Of a DNA stretch of 64,000 nt, positions 52,305 to 62,788 are shown one piece after another. Every line of letters begins with the position of its first letter. Position 1 is the stretch's first letter. The stretch lies in assembly GCA_046704425.1 (NCBI GenBank), contig JBJKRX010000158.1, forward strand, positions 7,354 through 71,353. Direction: 5' to 3'. The position numbers and the translations under genes are program-made. Origin of the DNA: Nitrospirota bacterium (GTDB lineage: Bacteria > Nitrospirota > UBA9217). The notes under the pieces are model-generated. The model saw only the letters and a program-made list of their open reading frames with translations. It had not been told where the DNA came from and did not search any database.

Positions 52305-52316
52305 TGCGTCCTTGGG

Positions 52317-52988
52317 TTATTTCGAGAACAGCGTCCTCGCCACGATGAAGCCGTAGAAGAGCCAGATGCAGACGATGATCGCCCAGGTGGATACGCTTAT
52401 CCGGTGCACGAACGCGTCGTCGGATCTCCTGTCCGCCATCCGCAAGGAGATATCTTCCCGTTTTGCCCGCTCGTAAAAGGCCTTGAACCGGATGAAGCGA
52501 TCCGGCGCAAGTTCGTACAGCCTCGCCGGAGGGATGGCGTCTTCGGACAGGGAGAAAGGAAAGAGGAACGTCGTATCGATCTCCACCGTCCCGTTCAGTA
52601 CGTTGGCCAGGGTCTGCGGGTCAAGGGACTGCAGCTTCTTTTCGTAGCACGCGCAAAAGTCTTCCCGGATGGAGTCGAGGAGTTTTCGGAAAGGCTGCTG
52701 GCGCTCGAATCTGGCGTTGATCATGCCGGTCTCGTAGCACGTAACGGCGGCCGCACTGTCGCCGAGGTGCTGATGGCATTTGCCGGCGAGGAAGAGTGCG
52801 TTCGCAAGACCGGAGACGCCGTTCGCCAGATGGTGGCCGAGGGGATGGCCGGGGATATCGAGCCGGCGAAACGCGTCTTCCGCAAGCCGCAGCTCGTACA
52901 ACGCTTCTTCATAGCGCCCTTCGTCGTAAAGGTAGACCCCGCCCTTGTAGAACCGTTCGGCGTTTTCACGAAGCTGGCTTTTCGCCAT
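52317..52988 (-). CDS. TPR-like repeat protein with C-terminal transmembrane helix
   Basis: Helical-repeat N-terminus and a hydrophobic C-terminus (WAIIVCIWLFYGFIV). ATG abuts the response-regulator stop; GGGAGA RBS. Confidence 0.5.
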   Translation of the reverse strand: MAKSQLRENAERFYKGGVYLYDEGRYEEALYELRLAEDAFRRLDIPGHPLGHHLANGVSGLANALFLAGKCHQHLGDSAAAVTCYETGMINARFERQQPFRKLLDSIREDFCACYEKKLQSLDPQTLANVLNGTVEIDTTFLFPFSLSEDAIPPARLYELAPDRFIRFKAFYERAKREDISLRMADRRSDDAFVHRISVSTWAIIVCIWLFYGFIVARTLFSK

Positions 52989-52995
52989 GGTCCAT

Positions 52996-53373
52996 TTATT
53001 CTCCCAGCAGGCTTTTGATCTTTGCAAGCAGCTCCATGGGGCTGAAAGGTTTGATCAGATATTCGTCCGCCCCCACTTCTTTTCCGTGTTCCCGTTCCGC
53101 AGCCTGCCCCTTGGCGGTGAGCATTATGACGAAGGTCTTTTTGAGGTCGGGGTCGTTTTTGATGATCCGGCACACGTCGTATCCGTTGATTTCCGGCATC
53201 ATGATATCGAGAAAGAGGACGTCAGGCTGAATTTCCCGCACTTTATTGAGTGTATCTGCACCGTCTTTCGCAGAGACGAGTGAATATCCTTCATCTTCCA
53301 GAAGATAGGTGAGCGCCTCCCGGATATTTTCGTTGTCGTCTGCGATCAGGATCGTTTTTTGGGCTGTGGACAT
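52996..53373 (-). CDS. single-domain response regulator (CheY-like)
   Basis: DD ... D ... K receiver signature (ILIADDNE, LFLDIMMP, LTAKG). Confidence 0.85.
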   Translation of the reverse strand: MSTAQKTILIADDNENIREALTYLLEDEGYSLVSAKDGADTLNKVREIQPDVLFLDIMMPEINGYDVCRIIKNDPDLKKTFVIMLTAKGQAAEREHGKEVGADEYLIKPFSPMELLAKIKSLLGE

Positions 53374-53647
53374 GACAGGTCAACCCCGCGTTGAATCTAC
53401 AAGAAATGTAACGACTGTCGTTCTATTTGTCAAGCGGGATCATTGCATTTTCATTGCGGTTTTCTCCCCGTGGAGCCGGGCTGGTTCATGCATCTTGGTA
53501 TAATGGAGTTGCAATAGAGCCTGACAGGGAGGTACTATGAGGTCCGCCAAGATCGGATATGTCCTGGTTTGTGTAAGTTGCCAACGGTGAAAGGGCGGAT
53601 CAACCGGCAGGTTCCGGCATGTTTGGCGCTCGGGAAAGGAGCGGGGA

Positions 53648-55033
53648 GTGGATTCCGGAGTGGACTGCGCCGCAGTGCTCAAAAGGGCGTTAAAGAACGG
53701 CGGTGAATACGCGGACCTCTATCTGGAGCGTAGCGCGTTCTCCTCGCTTGTCTGTGAGGACGACAGGATCGAGAAGGTCAGGTCCGGTCTCGATTGCGGT
53801 GCGGGAATTCGCCTGCTGTTCGGGGGCCGGACCGCCTACGCCTATACCAACGAGATCACGACCGCGGCCCTGCTTGCGTTGGCGGATGCGGTCAATCGGG
53901 CTGTGCGGGATGGGGCGCATCAGGCAACGATCAATCTGGTGCGCAAGAGGCCGAAATCGGATTTTTCTCTTGCCGTGCCTCCGGAGTCGACAGGGGCCGA
54001 CCAGAAGGTCAGGATGGTCCTTGCAGCAAATGATGTGATCCGGAAGGTCGACCCCCGCATTCGCCAGGCGACCGTCGCCTATCGCGAGCATCGGCGCCGG
54101 GTCCAGATAGCCGATTCCGAAGGCGGTCTTGCCGAGGACGACAGCAGCCTGCTGACCGCCATGGCGCACGTCGTGGCAGCAGACGGCCCCGTGGTCCAGA
54201 CGGGCTATGAGGCGGTGGGCGGAAATACGGGCATGGAACTGTTTTCCGGATCGCCGCTCGAGACGGCGGCTGAGGCCGCAGCCAAAAGGGCCGTCCGCAT
54301 GCTGTCGGCGCGGACTGCTCCGGCCGGAAAGATGCCGGTCGTCCTTTCTTCGTCCGCGGGCGGCACGATGATTCATGAGGCGGTGGGGCACGGACTGGAG
54401 GCAGACCTGGTGCAGGCGGGACTCTCCGTGTATGCACGCCGTCTGGGAGAGCGCATCGCATCGCCGCTCATCACCGTTATCGACGACGCGACGCTTGCGG
54501 GAAAGCGCGGCTCATTCCGGTTTGACGACGAAGGGACCGATGCGGAGCGGACCGTGGTCGTGGACCGGGGAATCCTGAAAACGTACCTGTACGACCGGTT
54601 GACGGCCGCGAAGGACGGGGTGCGGTCGACGGGCAACGGGAGGCGCGAATCCTACCGGAGCCGTCCCATCCCGCGCATGACGAACACGCTGATCGCGCCC
54701 GGGACCGATGACCCGGCGGAGATCCTGCGCTCGACGCCGCAGGGCCTCTTCGTCACGAAGATGGGCGGCGGCCAGGTAAATACGGTGAACGGTGATTTCG
54801 TGTTCGAGGTGAGTGAGGGATACCGCATCGAGAACGGCGCGCTGGGAGAGCCGGTGCGCGGCGCCACGCTGACGGGCAACGGGCCGCGGGTGCTCGAGTC
54901 GATTGATCGCGTCGGGACGGACCTCGGGTTCGCTATCGGGACCTGCGGCAAGGACGGCCAGGGAGCGCCCGTGAGCGACGCGCAGCCGACCATCAGGATC
55001 CCGGAGATTCTGGTGGGCGGCGTCGTTGCCTGA
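53648..55033 (+). CDS. tldD: TldD/PmbA-family metallopeptidase
   Basis: TldD core (HEAVGHGLE). GTG start with GGAAAGGAG RBS. Confidence 0.85.
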   Translation: MDSGVDCAAVLKRALKNGGEYADLYLERSAFSSLVCEDDRIEKVRSGLDCGAGIRLLFGGRTAYAYTNEITTAALLALADAVNRAVRDGAHQATINLVRKRPKSDFSLAVPPESTGADQKVRMVLAANDVIRKVDPRIRQATVAYREHRRRVQIADSEGGLAEDDSSLLTAMAHVVAADGPVVQTGYEAVGGNTGMELFSGSPLETAAEAAAKRAVRMLSARTAPAGKMPVVLSSSAGGTMIHEAVGHGLEADLVQAGLSVYARRLGERIASPLITVIDDATLAGKRGSFRFDDEGTDAERTVVVDRGILKTYLYDRLTAAKDGVRSTGNGRRESYRSRPIPRMTNTLIAPGTDDPAEILRSTPQGLFVTKMGGGQVNTVNGDFVFEVSEGYRIENGALGEPVRGATLTGNGPRVLESIDRVGTDLGFAIGTCGKDGQGAPVSDAQPTIRIPEILVGGVVA

Positions 55034-55054
55034 TGCGAGCTGCCATCCCGCGCC

Positions 55055-55588
55055 TTGGTATCCCCCGGTGCTTCCGCCGGGGAGAAGGGGGCTCCACTGA
55101 TCCGTACGGCGATCATCACGGTGAGTGACAAGGGGGCGCGCGGCGAGCGGGAGGACGAGAGCGGCCGCATCATCGCGGAGATGCTCGCGCCCCTCGATGT
55201 CGATGTCAGGCGCTACGAGATCCTGCCGGACGAAGAGGAGCAGATCAGCGCGGCCCTTGCCAGCCACGCGGATTCGGGTGAGATCGACCTCGTGATCACC
55301 ACGGGAGGGACCGGCGTTGCCCCCCGCGACGTGACGCCTGAAGCGACGCGCGCGATCATCGATCGCGAACTCCCCGGTATGGCTGAGGCCATGCGCGCGG
55401 AAAGCCTCAAGGCGACGCCCTACGCCATGCTGTCGCGGGCCGCCGCGGGCATCAGGAAGCGCACGCTGATCGTGAACCTGCCGGGCAGTCCGCGGGCCGT
55501 ACGGGAAAATCTTGCCGTCCTGCTGGCGGCCCTCCCGCATGCCGTTGCCAAGATCGCAGGAGATCCGACGGATTGTGCAAAACCGTGA
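55055..55588 (+). CDS. mogA: molybdenum cofactor biosynthesis protein MogA/MoaB family
   Basis: IITVSDKGARG ... TTGGTG MoCF-biosynthesis domain. Confidence 0.75.
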   Translation: MVSPGASAGEKGAPLIRTAIITVSDKGARGEREDESGRIIAEMLAPLDVDVRRYEILPDEEEQISAALASHADSGEIDLVITTGGTGVAPRDVTPEATRAIIDRELPGMAEAMRAESLKATPYAMLSRAAAGIRKRTLIVNLPGSPRAVRENLAVLLAALPHAVAKIAGDPTDCAKP

Positions 55589-55642
55589 GAACCCGCTTTG
55601 ACGGTGCCCGCCAACACAAGGCTTCTCTCCTAAGGAGGATGC

Positions 55643-56395
55643 ATGTACTGTCCCCACTGCGGAAGGGACGTTGCGGAAGATCAGAATTTCTGCGGTAACT
55701 GCGGCACGCGTCTCGCGGCGACCGCGACAGCCGGTATCGCGCCGGATCAGGAACGCACACAGACGCCCTGGGAATCGCGGGAGACGGTCGGCTTTTTCCC
55801 GGGTCTGTTCCGGACCGTGAAGCAGGCAATGTTTTCTCCTGCACGTTTCTTCCGGACCATGCGGGTCTCCGGCGGATATGCTGATCCGCTGCTGTTCGCC
55901 CTGCTCGCGGGGATGGGGGGCTTTATTGCCCTCTCCAGTTGGGACATCCTGCTCTCCGGGGTCGATCGGGCGTTTCAGGCGCCGGACCTGCGGACGGGAA
56001 CCCTCGGCGTTTCCGGTGCGTTGGCCGGTGCAATAGCGACGCCCTTGCTGCTCATCGGTCTGCTGTTCTTCGCCGCCGCGTTCCTGCACCTGGTCCTGTC
56101 CGCGGTCCGCGGTGCCGCGGCCGGCTATGAGGCCACCTTCCGGGTCGTCTGTTACGGCCTGTCGCCGTGCGTCCTGCTCGCAGTTCCCGTGTTTGGAGCG
56201 CCCGTTGCCTTGATCTGGACCCTGACGGTGATCACCATCGGCCTGCGGGAGGCGCACCATACGACCCGGGGAAAGGCGTTGTTCGCGGTCCTCTTTCCTT
56301 TTCTCGTTGTCTGCGCCTTCCTGGTTCTCGCCTTGGCGCTTTTCCTGGGGGCAGTCGCTGCTTCGTTCGGCGGCATGCTGCAAGACTATCGTTGA
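55643..56395 (+). CDS. membrane protein with N-terminal zinc ribbon (Yip1/DUF-like)
   Basis: CPHCG ... CGNCG ribbon followed by 4-5 TM helices. Confidence 0.55.
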   Translation: MYCPHCGRDVAEDQNFCGNCGTRLAATATAGIAPDQERTQTPWESRETVGFFPGLFRTVKQAMFSPARFFRTMRVSGGYADPLLFALLAGMGGFIALSSWDILLSGVDRAFQAPDLRTGTLGVSGALAGAIATPLLLIGLLFFAAAFLHLVLSAVRGAAAGYEATFRVVCYGLSPCVLLAVPVFGAPVALIWTLTVITIGLREAHHTTRGKALFAVLFPFLVVCAFLVLALALFLGAVAASFGGMLQDYR

Positions 56396-56421
56396 TCCTC
56401 CCTCCACGGTTCCCCGGCAAC

Positions 56422-56450
56422 AATAAAATTGTTTACATTTTCTGAGCACT
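56422..56450 (+). promoter_or_regulatory. sigma-70 promoter upstream of ROK kinase
   Basis: TTTACA, 17-nt spacer, TACTAT, about 60 nt before GTG 56510. Confidence 0.45.
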
Positions 56451-56509
56451 ATGTTACTATAAAAACCTTTGCAAACGCTTATCTTTTCGGTGGTTAGAGG
56501 AGGCAGTGC

Positions 56510-57457
56510 GTGGGGCAGGCGGTCATCGGCGTCGACCTCGGCGGGACGAATCTGCGGACGTCTCTGGTCGATCCGGATGGACGTATCCTAGACAAGCACA
56601 AAGAACCGACCCATGCCGCGGACGGGTGGCGGACCGTTGTAAAGGTCCTCATCGCAAACATCGAACGACAGCGGGCAGCGGCGGCAGAACGCGGTCTGGT
56701 CGTACGGGCGATCGGCGTCGGCGCACCGGGCGTGATCCGGACCGACACCGGCGTCGTGGTCAAATCGCCGAATTTCCCGGACTGGAACAATCTGCCGCTC
56801 AAGGCGGAGCTGGAGCAGGCTCTTCGCGTGCCGGTCGTGCTCGAAAACGACGCGAATGCCGCAGCTCTGGGTGAACAATGGCGCGGCGCAGGGCAAGGCA
56901 TCGACAGCATGATCCTCCTGACGCTCGGCACCGGCGTGGGCGGGGGCATCGTGCTCGATCGGAGGATCTGGCGCGGCGCAGACGGCATGGCCGGGGAAGT
57001 GGGGCACATGACCATCATCCCCGAAGGCAGGAGATGCGGGTGCGGTAATTCGGGCTGTCTCGAAATGTACGCCTCGGCCCGGGGGATCGCGATGAGCTAC
57101 GCGGAGCTGCCGGGCCATCGGGACACGCGGGCGGACGCCGCCGCTGTCTATCGTGCGGCGGCTGAGGGCGATCCGGATGCCCTCGGCGTGATGGCCGCCA
57201 TGGGCCGCTACCTCGGCATCGGCATCGCAAATTTGATCAATATCTTCAATCCCGAGATGATCGTGATCGGCGGCGGCGTGAAGGACGCCTGGCCGCTGTT
57301 CATCGAAAGCGCGCACGCCGAGATCGCGCGCCGCGCCTTCGAGGTCCCTGCGGCACGCACCCGGATCGTGCAGTCGCTTCTGGGCGACGATGCGGGGATG
57401 GTGGGGGCTGCGGCGTCGGCCTTACGGGCTGCGGAAGGCCGGCAGGTCGTATCGTAG
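56510..57457 (+). CDS. ROK-family sugar kinase (glucokinase-like)
   Basis: IGVDLGGT N-terminus and ROK zinc motif CGCGNSGCLE. GTG start with GAGGAGG RBS. Confidence 0.8.
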   Translation: MGQAVIGVDLGGTNLRTSLVDPDGRILDKHKEPTHAADGWRTVVKVLIANIERQRAAAAERGLVVRAIGVGAPGVIRTDTGVVVKSPNFPDWNNLPLKAELEQALRVPVVLENDANAAALGEQWRGAGQGIDSMILLTLGTGVGGGIVLDRRIWRGADGMAGEVGHMTIIPEGRRCGCGNSGCLEMYASARGIAMSYAELPGHRDTRADAAAVYRAAAEGDPDALGVMAAMGRYLGIGIANLINIFNPEMIVIGGGVKDAWPLFIESAHAEIARRAFEVPAARTRIVQSLLGDDAGMVGAAASALRAAEGRQVVS

Positions 57458-57475
57458 CGGGCGATTTTCGGAATT

Positions 57476-59287
57476 ATGACAGGCAGGGACATACGGAACT
57501 TCTGTATCATCGCGCATATCGACCATGGCAAGTCGACGCTTGCCGATCGGATTCTCGAATTCACCGGGGCGCTGTCCGACCGGGAGATGGCGGCGGCGGG
57601 CGGCGGACAGGTCTTGGACGATATGGACCTGGAACGCGAGCGCGGAATCACGATCAAGGCCCATGCCGTCCGGCTGACGTACCGTGCCGCCGACGGCCGG
57701 GACTATATCCTGAACCTCATCGACACGCCCGGCCATGTGGACTTCACCTACGAGGTGTCGCGCAGCATGGCTGCCTGCGAGGGGGCGCTCCTGGTGGTCG
57801 ACGCCTCGCAGGGCGTCGAGGCGCAGACGCTTGCGAACGCCTACCTCGCCATCGATCACGATCTGGAGATGATCCCGGTCATCAATAAGATCGATCTCCC
57901 GAGCGCCGACGTAGAGGAGGCGAAGCGGCAGATCGAGGACGTGGTGGGGTTGGATGCCGCGCTGGCGATCCCGGCCTCGGCCAAAGAGGGGATCGGGACG
58001 CGGGATATCCTCGAAGCGATCGTCCGGCACGTACCCGCGCCGGACGGCGAGGCGGACGCCCCGCTCTGTGCGCTGCTGTTCGATTCGTGGTACGATGCCT
58101 ATCAAGGGGTGGTCATTCTCCTGCGGGTGATGGACGGCGCGGTGCGGCCCGGGATGCGGATCCGGCTGGTCTCGACGGGAGCGGAGTACGAAGTGCAATC
58201 CGTCGGCGTCTTTACCCCGAAGATGCAGCAGACCGCGGCGCTCTCGCCGGGTGAGGTCGGATACATCATCGCCGGGATCAAACGCGTGTCCGATGCGCGG
58301 ATCGGCGATACGATCATGGACGCCGCCCGGCCGGCGGCCTCTCCGCTCCCCGGCTACAAAGATGTAAAGCCGATGGTGTTCGCGGGGATCTACCCCGTGG
58401 ACAGCGACGCCTACGAGGACCTGCGGGACGCCCTTGAGAAACTGCGGTTGAACGACTCGTCGTTCAGCTACGAGCCGGAGACCTCGCTGGCCCTGGGGTT
58501 CGGGTTCCGATGCGGGTTCCTGGGACTCCTGCACATGGACATCGTGCGCGAGCGGCTCGAGCGGGAATTTAAGCTCGCCTTGATCCCGACCGCGCCGACC
58601 GTGGTCTACCGCGTCACCCAGACGGACGGCGCGGTCGTCATGGTCGACAACCCGGCGAAGCTGCCGAAGGTCCAGGATATCCAGCGTATCGAGGAACCCT
58701 TCATAACGGCCTCGATCATCACCCCCGAGGCATCAGTCGGCGCCCTGATCGCCCTGTGCCAGGAGCGGCGCGGCATCCAGAAGGAGATTACCTACATCAC
58801 CAAGGACCGCGTCCTCCTGCGCTACGAACTGCCCCTGAACGAGATCGTGATGGATTTCTACGACCGGCTCAAGTCCGTGACCCGGGGATACGCCTCGCTC
58901 GATTATGAGATTTCGGGGTACGTCGAATCGGACTTGGTCAAGCTCGACATGCTGCTGAACGGCGAGGCGGTCGACGCCCTGTCGCTCATTACGCACCGCG
59001 ACAAGGCGGCCCTGCGCGGCAGGCAGCTTGCGGAGAAGCTGAAAGAGGTGATCCCGCGGCAGCTCTATGAGGTCGTGATCCAGGCGGCGATCGGTTCGAA
59101 GGTCATCGCACGGGAAACCGTCAAGGCGCTCCGGAAGAACGTGACGGCCAAATGCTACGGCGGAGACATCACGCGGAAACGGAAGCTCCTGGAGAAGCAG
59201 AAAGAAGGAAAGAAACGGATGAAGCAGGTCGGCAGCGTGGAACTGCCGCAAGAGGCGTTTCTGGCGGTGCTCAAGGTCGGGGAGTGA
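57476..59287 (+). CDS. lepA: elongation factor 4
   Basis: [18 protein letters not shown]1 motif. Full-length LepA. Confidence 0.95.
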   Translation: MTGRDIRNFCIIAHIDHGKSTLADRILEFTGALSDREMAAAGGGQVLDDMDLERERGITIKAHAVRLTYRAADGRDYILNLIDTPGHVDFTYEVSRSMAACEGALLVVDASQGVEAQTLANAYLAIDHDLEMIPVINKIDLPSADVEEAKRQIEDVVGLDAALAIPASAKEGIGTRDILEAIVRHVPAPDGEADAPLCALLFDSWYDAYQGVVILLRVMDGAVRPGMRIRLVSTGAEYEVQSVGVFTPKMQQTAALSPGEVGYIIAGIKRVSDARIGDTIMDAARPAASPLPGYKDVKPMVFAGIYPVDSDAYEDLRDALEKLRLNDSSFSYEPETSLALGFGFRCGFLGLLHMDIVRERLEREFKLALIPTAPTVVYRVTQTDGAVVMVDNPAKLPKVQDIQRIEEPFITASIITPEASVGALIALCQERRGIQKEITYITKDRVLLRYELPLNEIVMDFYDRLKSVTRGYASLDYEISGYVESDLVKLDMLLNGEAVDALSLITHRDKAALRGRQLAEKLKEVIPRQLYEVVIQAAIGSKVIARETVKALRKNVTAKCYGGDITRKRKLLEKQKEGKKRMKQVGSVELPQEAFLAVLKVGE

Positions 59288-59317
59288 GTGCGCAGGCAGG
59301 GACGACGGGAGGCATGG

Positions 59318-60025
59318 ATGACGGACCAGCATACGGACGGCCGCAGGACAAAGTCTTTTTACAAGGAGTGGATCGAGCCCTTTCTGATCGCGGCCGTCGT
59401 GGCGCTCTTTATCCGGCAGTTCGTCGTGGAGGCCTTCAAGATCCCGTCGGGGTCCATGATCCCGACGCTCAGGATCGGAGACCACCTCCTGGTGAATAAA
59501 TTCGTGTACGGACCGCGGATCCCCTTCACGGACACCCGTCTGTTCAAGGGCGCGGAACCGAAGCGGGGCGACGTGATCGTCTTTAAATATCCCGGCGACG
59601 AGTCGAAGGACTTCATCAAGCGGGTGATCGGGCTGCCCGGCGATAAGATAGAGATCAAGAACGGGAAACTCTTGATTAATGATCGTGCGGTGCCGGTGAC
59701 CGATGAAGGCGTGTACGCCGACAAGGACCAGGAGGTGCTTTCGCCGTATTACGGAAAACCGGAACTGCTGGAGGAACAACTGGGAAACGTCCGGCACGCG
59801 ATCCTGTACCTGCACTCCCAGGAGGGCTACAACTTCGGCCCGGTCCTGGTGCCGCCGGACTCGGTCTTCGTGATGGGAGACAACCGCGACAACAGCCAGG
59901 ACAGCCGTTTCTGGGGCTTTGTCCGCGAGAACAAGATCCTGGGCAGGGCACTCATCATCTACTGGTCCTGGGACGGGCATGATCGATGGGTGCGGTGGGA
60001 CCGGATCGGGATGCGCATCCGGTAA
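59318..60025 (+). CDS. lepB: signal peptidase I
   Basis: SGSMIPTL (catalytic Ser box) and GDNRDNSQDSRFWG (box E). GGGAGG RBS before ATG 59318. Confidence 0.9.
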   Translation: MTDQHTDGRRTKSFYKEWIEPFLIAAVVALFIRQFVVEAFKIPSGSMIPTLRIGDHLLVNKFVYGPRIPFTDTRLFKGAEPKRGDVIVFKYPGDESKDFIKRVIGLPGDKIEIKNGKLLINDRAVPVTDEGVYADKDQEVLSPYYGKPELLEEQLGNVRHAILYLHSQEGYNFGPVLVPPDSVFVMGDNRDNSQDSRFWGFVRENKILGRALIIYWSWDGHDRWVRWDRIGMRIR

Positions 60026-60065
60026 GGTGAGAACGAACGCTGCGCTGCAGCGTGAGGAGGGGATC

Positions 60066-60452
60066 ATGCGGAGCGTCCGGAGCGAGGCGGGGGGCAGCAA
60101 GATCGTCGTGCTGTTTCTTTTAGTGGTCGTCTTTCTGGCCGTGCAGACCGGGGTCAAGCTCGTCCCGATGTACATGGATGCCCAGTCGATGAAAGACGAG
60201 ATGGCTGCCCAGGCCGCGGCGGCACAGACAAAAAAAGATGTGGAGATTCTGAACGATCTTGCAGGCAAGGCGCGGGATCTGGGCCTGCCGCTGAAAGCGG
60301 AAGACTTTGTCCTGGACCGGGATCCTGACACGAATGTGATGACCATCAGCACCTCCTGGGACGTGACACAGCATTTACTTTTTAACCAGTACATCAGGAC
60401 CTTTCACTTCGCACCACAGGTCACCGGTGCAAAACAGACCTTTAATCAATGA
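60066..60452 (+). CDS. DUF4845-like small membrane-anchored protein
   Basis: N-terminal TM helix. GAGGAGGGG RBS. Confidence 0.5.
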   Translation: MRSVRSEAGGSKIVVLFLLVVVFLAVQTGVKLVPMYMDAQSMKDEMAAQAAAAQTKKDVEILNDLAGKARDLGLPLKAEDFVLDRDPDTNVMTISTSWDVTQHLLFNQYIRTFHFAPQVTGAKQTFNQ

Positions 60453-60538
60453 CCATTTTCCTCGGCGATTGACAACACCGGAAGGGTAGGATACACTTGA
60501 CGGCCAGGAATAGAACTGAAGAAACAGCTCTTCGCAGC

Positions 60539-61408
60539 ATGACCGGCTACGGGCGGCACGAGGCGGGGGAGCGCGATCTGCGTTTCACGGTGGAGGTCCG
60601 GTCGCTCAACAACCGGTTCCTCGACGTCCAGATCCGTTCCCCGCGCTCGCTCGCGCCGCTCGAAACACGCATCCGCAAGAGCGTCCCGGAGCGTTTTTCC
60701 CGCGGTCGATTCGACCTGTTCATCACGCGGAGCGGAGGCCAGGAACGAAGCGGCCGGATCGCAGTAAACGAGGATCTTGCACGACAGTACCTGGATGCTT
60801 TTCGACAGCTCAAGGAGCGCTTCGGCCTTGCTGGAGATGCGGATCTCCCGTTGCTGGCTGCGCTGCCGGACGTCGTCACCGTCAACGAGGCCGATGAGGA
60901 CCATGAGCTCCTGTGGCGGGCGCTGGCAGCAGCCCTGGCGCCGGCCCTGGAAGCGCTGGACCGCATGCGCAAGCAGGAGGGCGCTGTCCTGGCAGCCGAT
61001 ATGCTCGCCCGCCTGGATGTCGTGGAAAGGCTTATTGCGGCCATCCGCACCAAGGCACCGGATGCCGTCAAGGCGGCGCAACAGCGGATGACCGAGTCTC
61101 TCGCGCGGCTCCTGCGCGAGCAGCCCGATCCGGGCCGGGTGGCCCAGGAGATCGCCATCCTGGCCGAGCGGGTGGACATTACCGAGGAACTCACCCGGCT
61201 GGGAAGCCACCTTGTTCAGTTCCGCGATCTCCTGCACGGCCGGGGGCGCGAAGGGGTCGGCAGACGGCTCGATTTCCTTCTCCAAGAAATGGGTCGGGAG
61301 ACGAACACCATTGCCTCGAAGGCGATGGATGCGGCGGTCTCCTTGGACGTGGTCGGCATCAAGGCGGAACTGGAAAAGATCAGGGAGCAGGCGCAGAACA
61401 TCGAGTGA
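60539..61408 (+). CDS. yicC: YicC-family protein (stress-induced endoribonuclease family)
   Basis: MTGYGR N-terminus. The yicC-remA-gmk context is conserved. Confidence 0.8.
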   Translation: MTGYGRHEAGERDLRFTVEVRSLNNRFLDVQIRSPRSLAPLETRIRKSVPERFSRGRFDLFITRSGGQERSGRIAVNEDLARQYLDAFRQLKERFGLAGDADLPLLAALPDVVTVNEADEDHELLWRALAAALAPALEALDRMRKQEGAVLAADMLARLDVVERLIAAIRTKAPDAVKAAQQRMTESLARLLREQPDPGRVAQEIAILAERVDITEELTRLGSHLVQFRDLLHGRGREGVGRRLDFLLQEMGRETNTIASKAMDAAVSLDVVGIKAELEKIREQAQNIE

Positions 61409-61410
61409 GT

Positions 61411-61662
61411 ATGACGAACGGACCGGTAAATATCGGATACGGCAACATGGTCATGGCCGCGAAGGTCGTTGCCGTGCTGACGCCGGACTCGTCTCCCATG
61501 CGGCGATTAAAAGAGGACGCCCGGGAACGGAAGATGCTGATCGACGCCACCCAGGGCCGGAAGACCCGGGCCATCATCATCACCGACAGCGATCACGTCA
61601 TCCTTTCGGCGATCCAGGCGGAAACGCTGCTGCAGCGTTTCGCCGAACGGGGGGCCGAGTGA
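61411..61662 (+). CDS. remA: DUF370 / RemA-like regulator
   Basis: Near-collinear match with B. subtilis RemA (INIGYGN ... LIDAT.GR.TRA ... DSDH.ILSA.Q.ET). Confidence 0.8.
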   Translation: MTNGPVNIGYGNMVMAAKVVAVLTPDSSPMRRLKEDARERKMLIDATQGRKTRAIIITDSDHVILSAIQAETLLQRFAERGAE

Positions 61663-62270
61663 GCCGGCAGGGGAGACTGTTCGTGGTATCGGCTCCGTCG
61701 GGGGCCGGGAAAACGAGCCTGTGCAAGGCGCTGACCGAGTCGCTGGAAAACCTGACCCATTCCATTTCCTATGCGACGCGCAAGCCCAGGCCAGGCGAGA
61801 TCGACGGGAGAGACTACTTTTTCGTCACCCCGGAACGATTCGAGGCGATGATCCGTGCAGGCGATTTCGCGGAATGGGCGAAGGTCCATGGCAACCTCTA
61901 CGGGACGTCCCGCCGCGTGCTCGACGAAATGACGGCAAAGGGAGTCGATATCATTCTGGACATCGACACGCAGGGCGCGAAGCAGATCCGGGGGCAGTTC
62001 GGCGACCCCCTCTTTATCTTCATTAAGCCGCCCTCGTTCGCGATCCTCGAAGAGCGGCTGCGGAACAGGAAATCCGACGACGAAACGGAGATCCGGAAAC
62101 GGATGACGCGGGCGCGTGAGGAGATCGGCGACTATGGGCTGTATGATTTCGTAATCGTCAATCGCGACTTCGATCGGGCATTGACCGAGCTCCGGGCGAT
62201 CGTGATCGCCGAACGGTGCAGGACCCGCTTTGCCGATACTACATGGATCGACCAGATGACGAAGGCGTGA
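61659..62270 (+). CDS. gmk: guanylate kinase
   Basis: [11 protein letters not shown]-loop. GTG start overlaps the remA stop as GTGA. Confidence 0.9.
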   Translation: MSRQGRLFVVSAPSGAGKTSLCKALTESLENLTHSISYATRKPRPGEIDGRDYFFVTPERFEAMIRAGDFAEWAKVHGNLYGTSRRVLDEMTAKGVDIILDIDTQGAKQIRGQFGDPLFIFIKPPSFAILEERLRNRKSDDETEIRKRMTRAREEIGDYGLYDFVIVNRDFDRALTELRAIVIAERCRTRFADTTWIDQMTKA

Positions 62271-62354
62271 TACGCCGGACGCCGCACTGCGGCGGCGCGA
62301 GGGGCAAGACGGCACACAGATACGCCGGGGCGTTCCCGGATAAGGAGGCAGACG

Positions 62355-62783
62355 ATGCAGAAAACGGCGGTAGATTTGATATCCCTTCCGATCGAGATGA
62401 ATGAAGGGATCGCGGACACAAAGTTCCGGCTTGTCCATATCGCGGCGCAGCGGGTCCGCCAGCTGTCCGCGGGCGAGCCGCCCGTGGTTGTGACGCATTC
62501 CATCAAGGATACGACCATCGCGCTTGAGGAGGCAGTAGCGCACCGGTTCCGGATCCTGACGGGCGAGGAGGCCGTACAGGCCAAGGAGGAGTTCCGGAAA
62601 CGGGAGGAACAGGCGCGGATCGAAGAACAGCTTTCGGCGAAAGAAGAGGAGATCCGCAAGGAGCTGAGCGCCTACCTTTCCGAGACCCAGGACGAGGGTA
62701 ACGAGGCCGCGGCAGGCGATATGGCGGACGAAGAGGGCGGGGGAGAAGCCGCCGGCGAGCCCGAAGAGGCACCCGAGGACTGA
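62355..62783 (+). CDS. rpoZ: DNA-directed RNA polymerase subunit omega with acidic C-terminal tail
   Basis: RpoZ core (KFRLVHIAAQRVRQL). Conserved gmk-rpoZ adjacency. Confidence 0.7.
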   Translation: MQKTAVDLISLPIEMNEGIADTKFRLVHIAAQRVRQLSAGEPPVVVTHSIKDTTIALEEAVAHRFRILTGEEAVQAKEEFRKREEQARIEEQLSAKEEEIRKELSAYLSETQDEGNEAAAGDMADEEGGGEAAGEPEEAPED

Positions 62784-62788
62784 ACCGC

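Noticed and set aside
60913-61410. Long +-strand ORF (249 aa) preceding remA in the same frame
   Set aside because: It is the yicC region read in another frame (Gly/Arg/Pro-rich). Only the final 83 codons match the RemA/DUF370 family.
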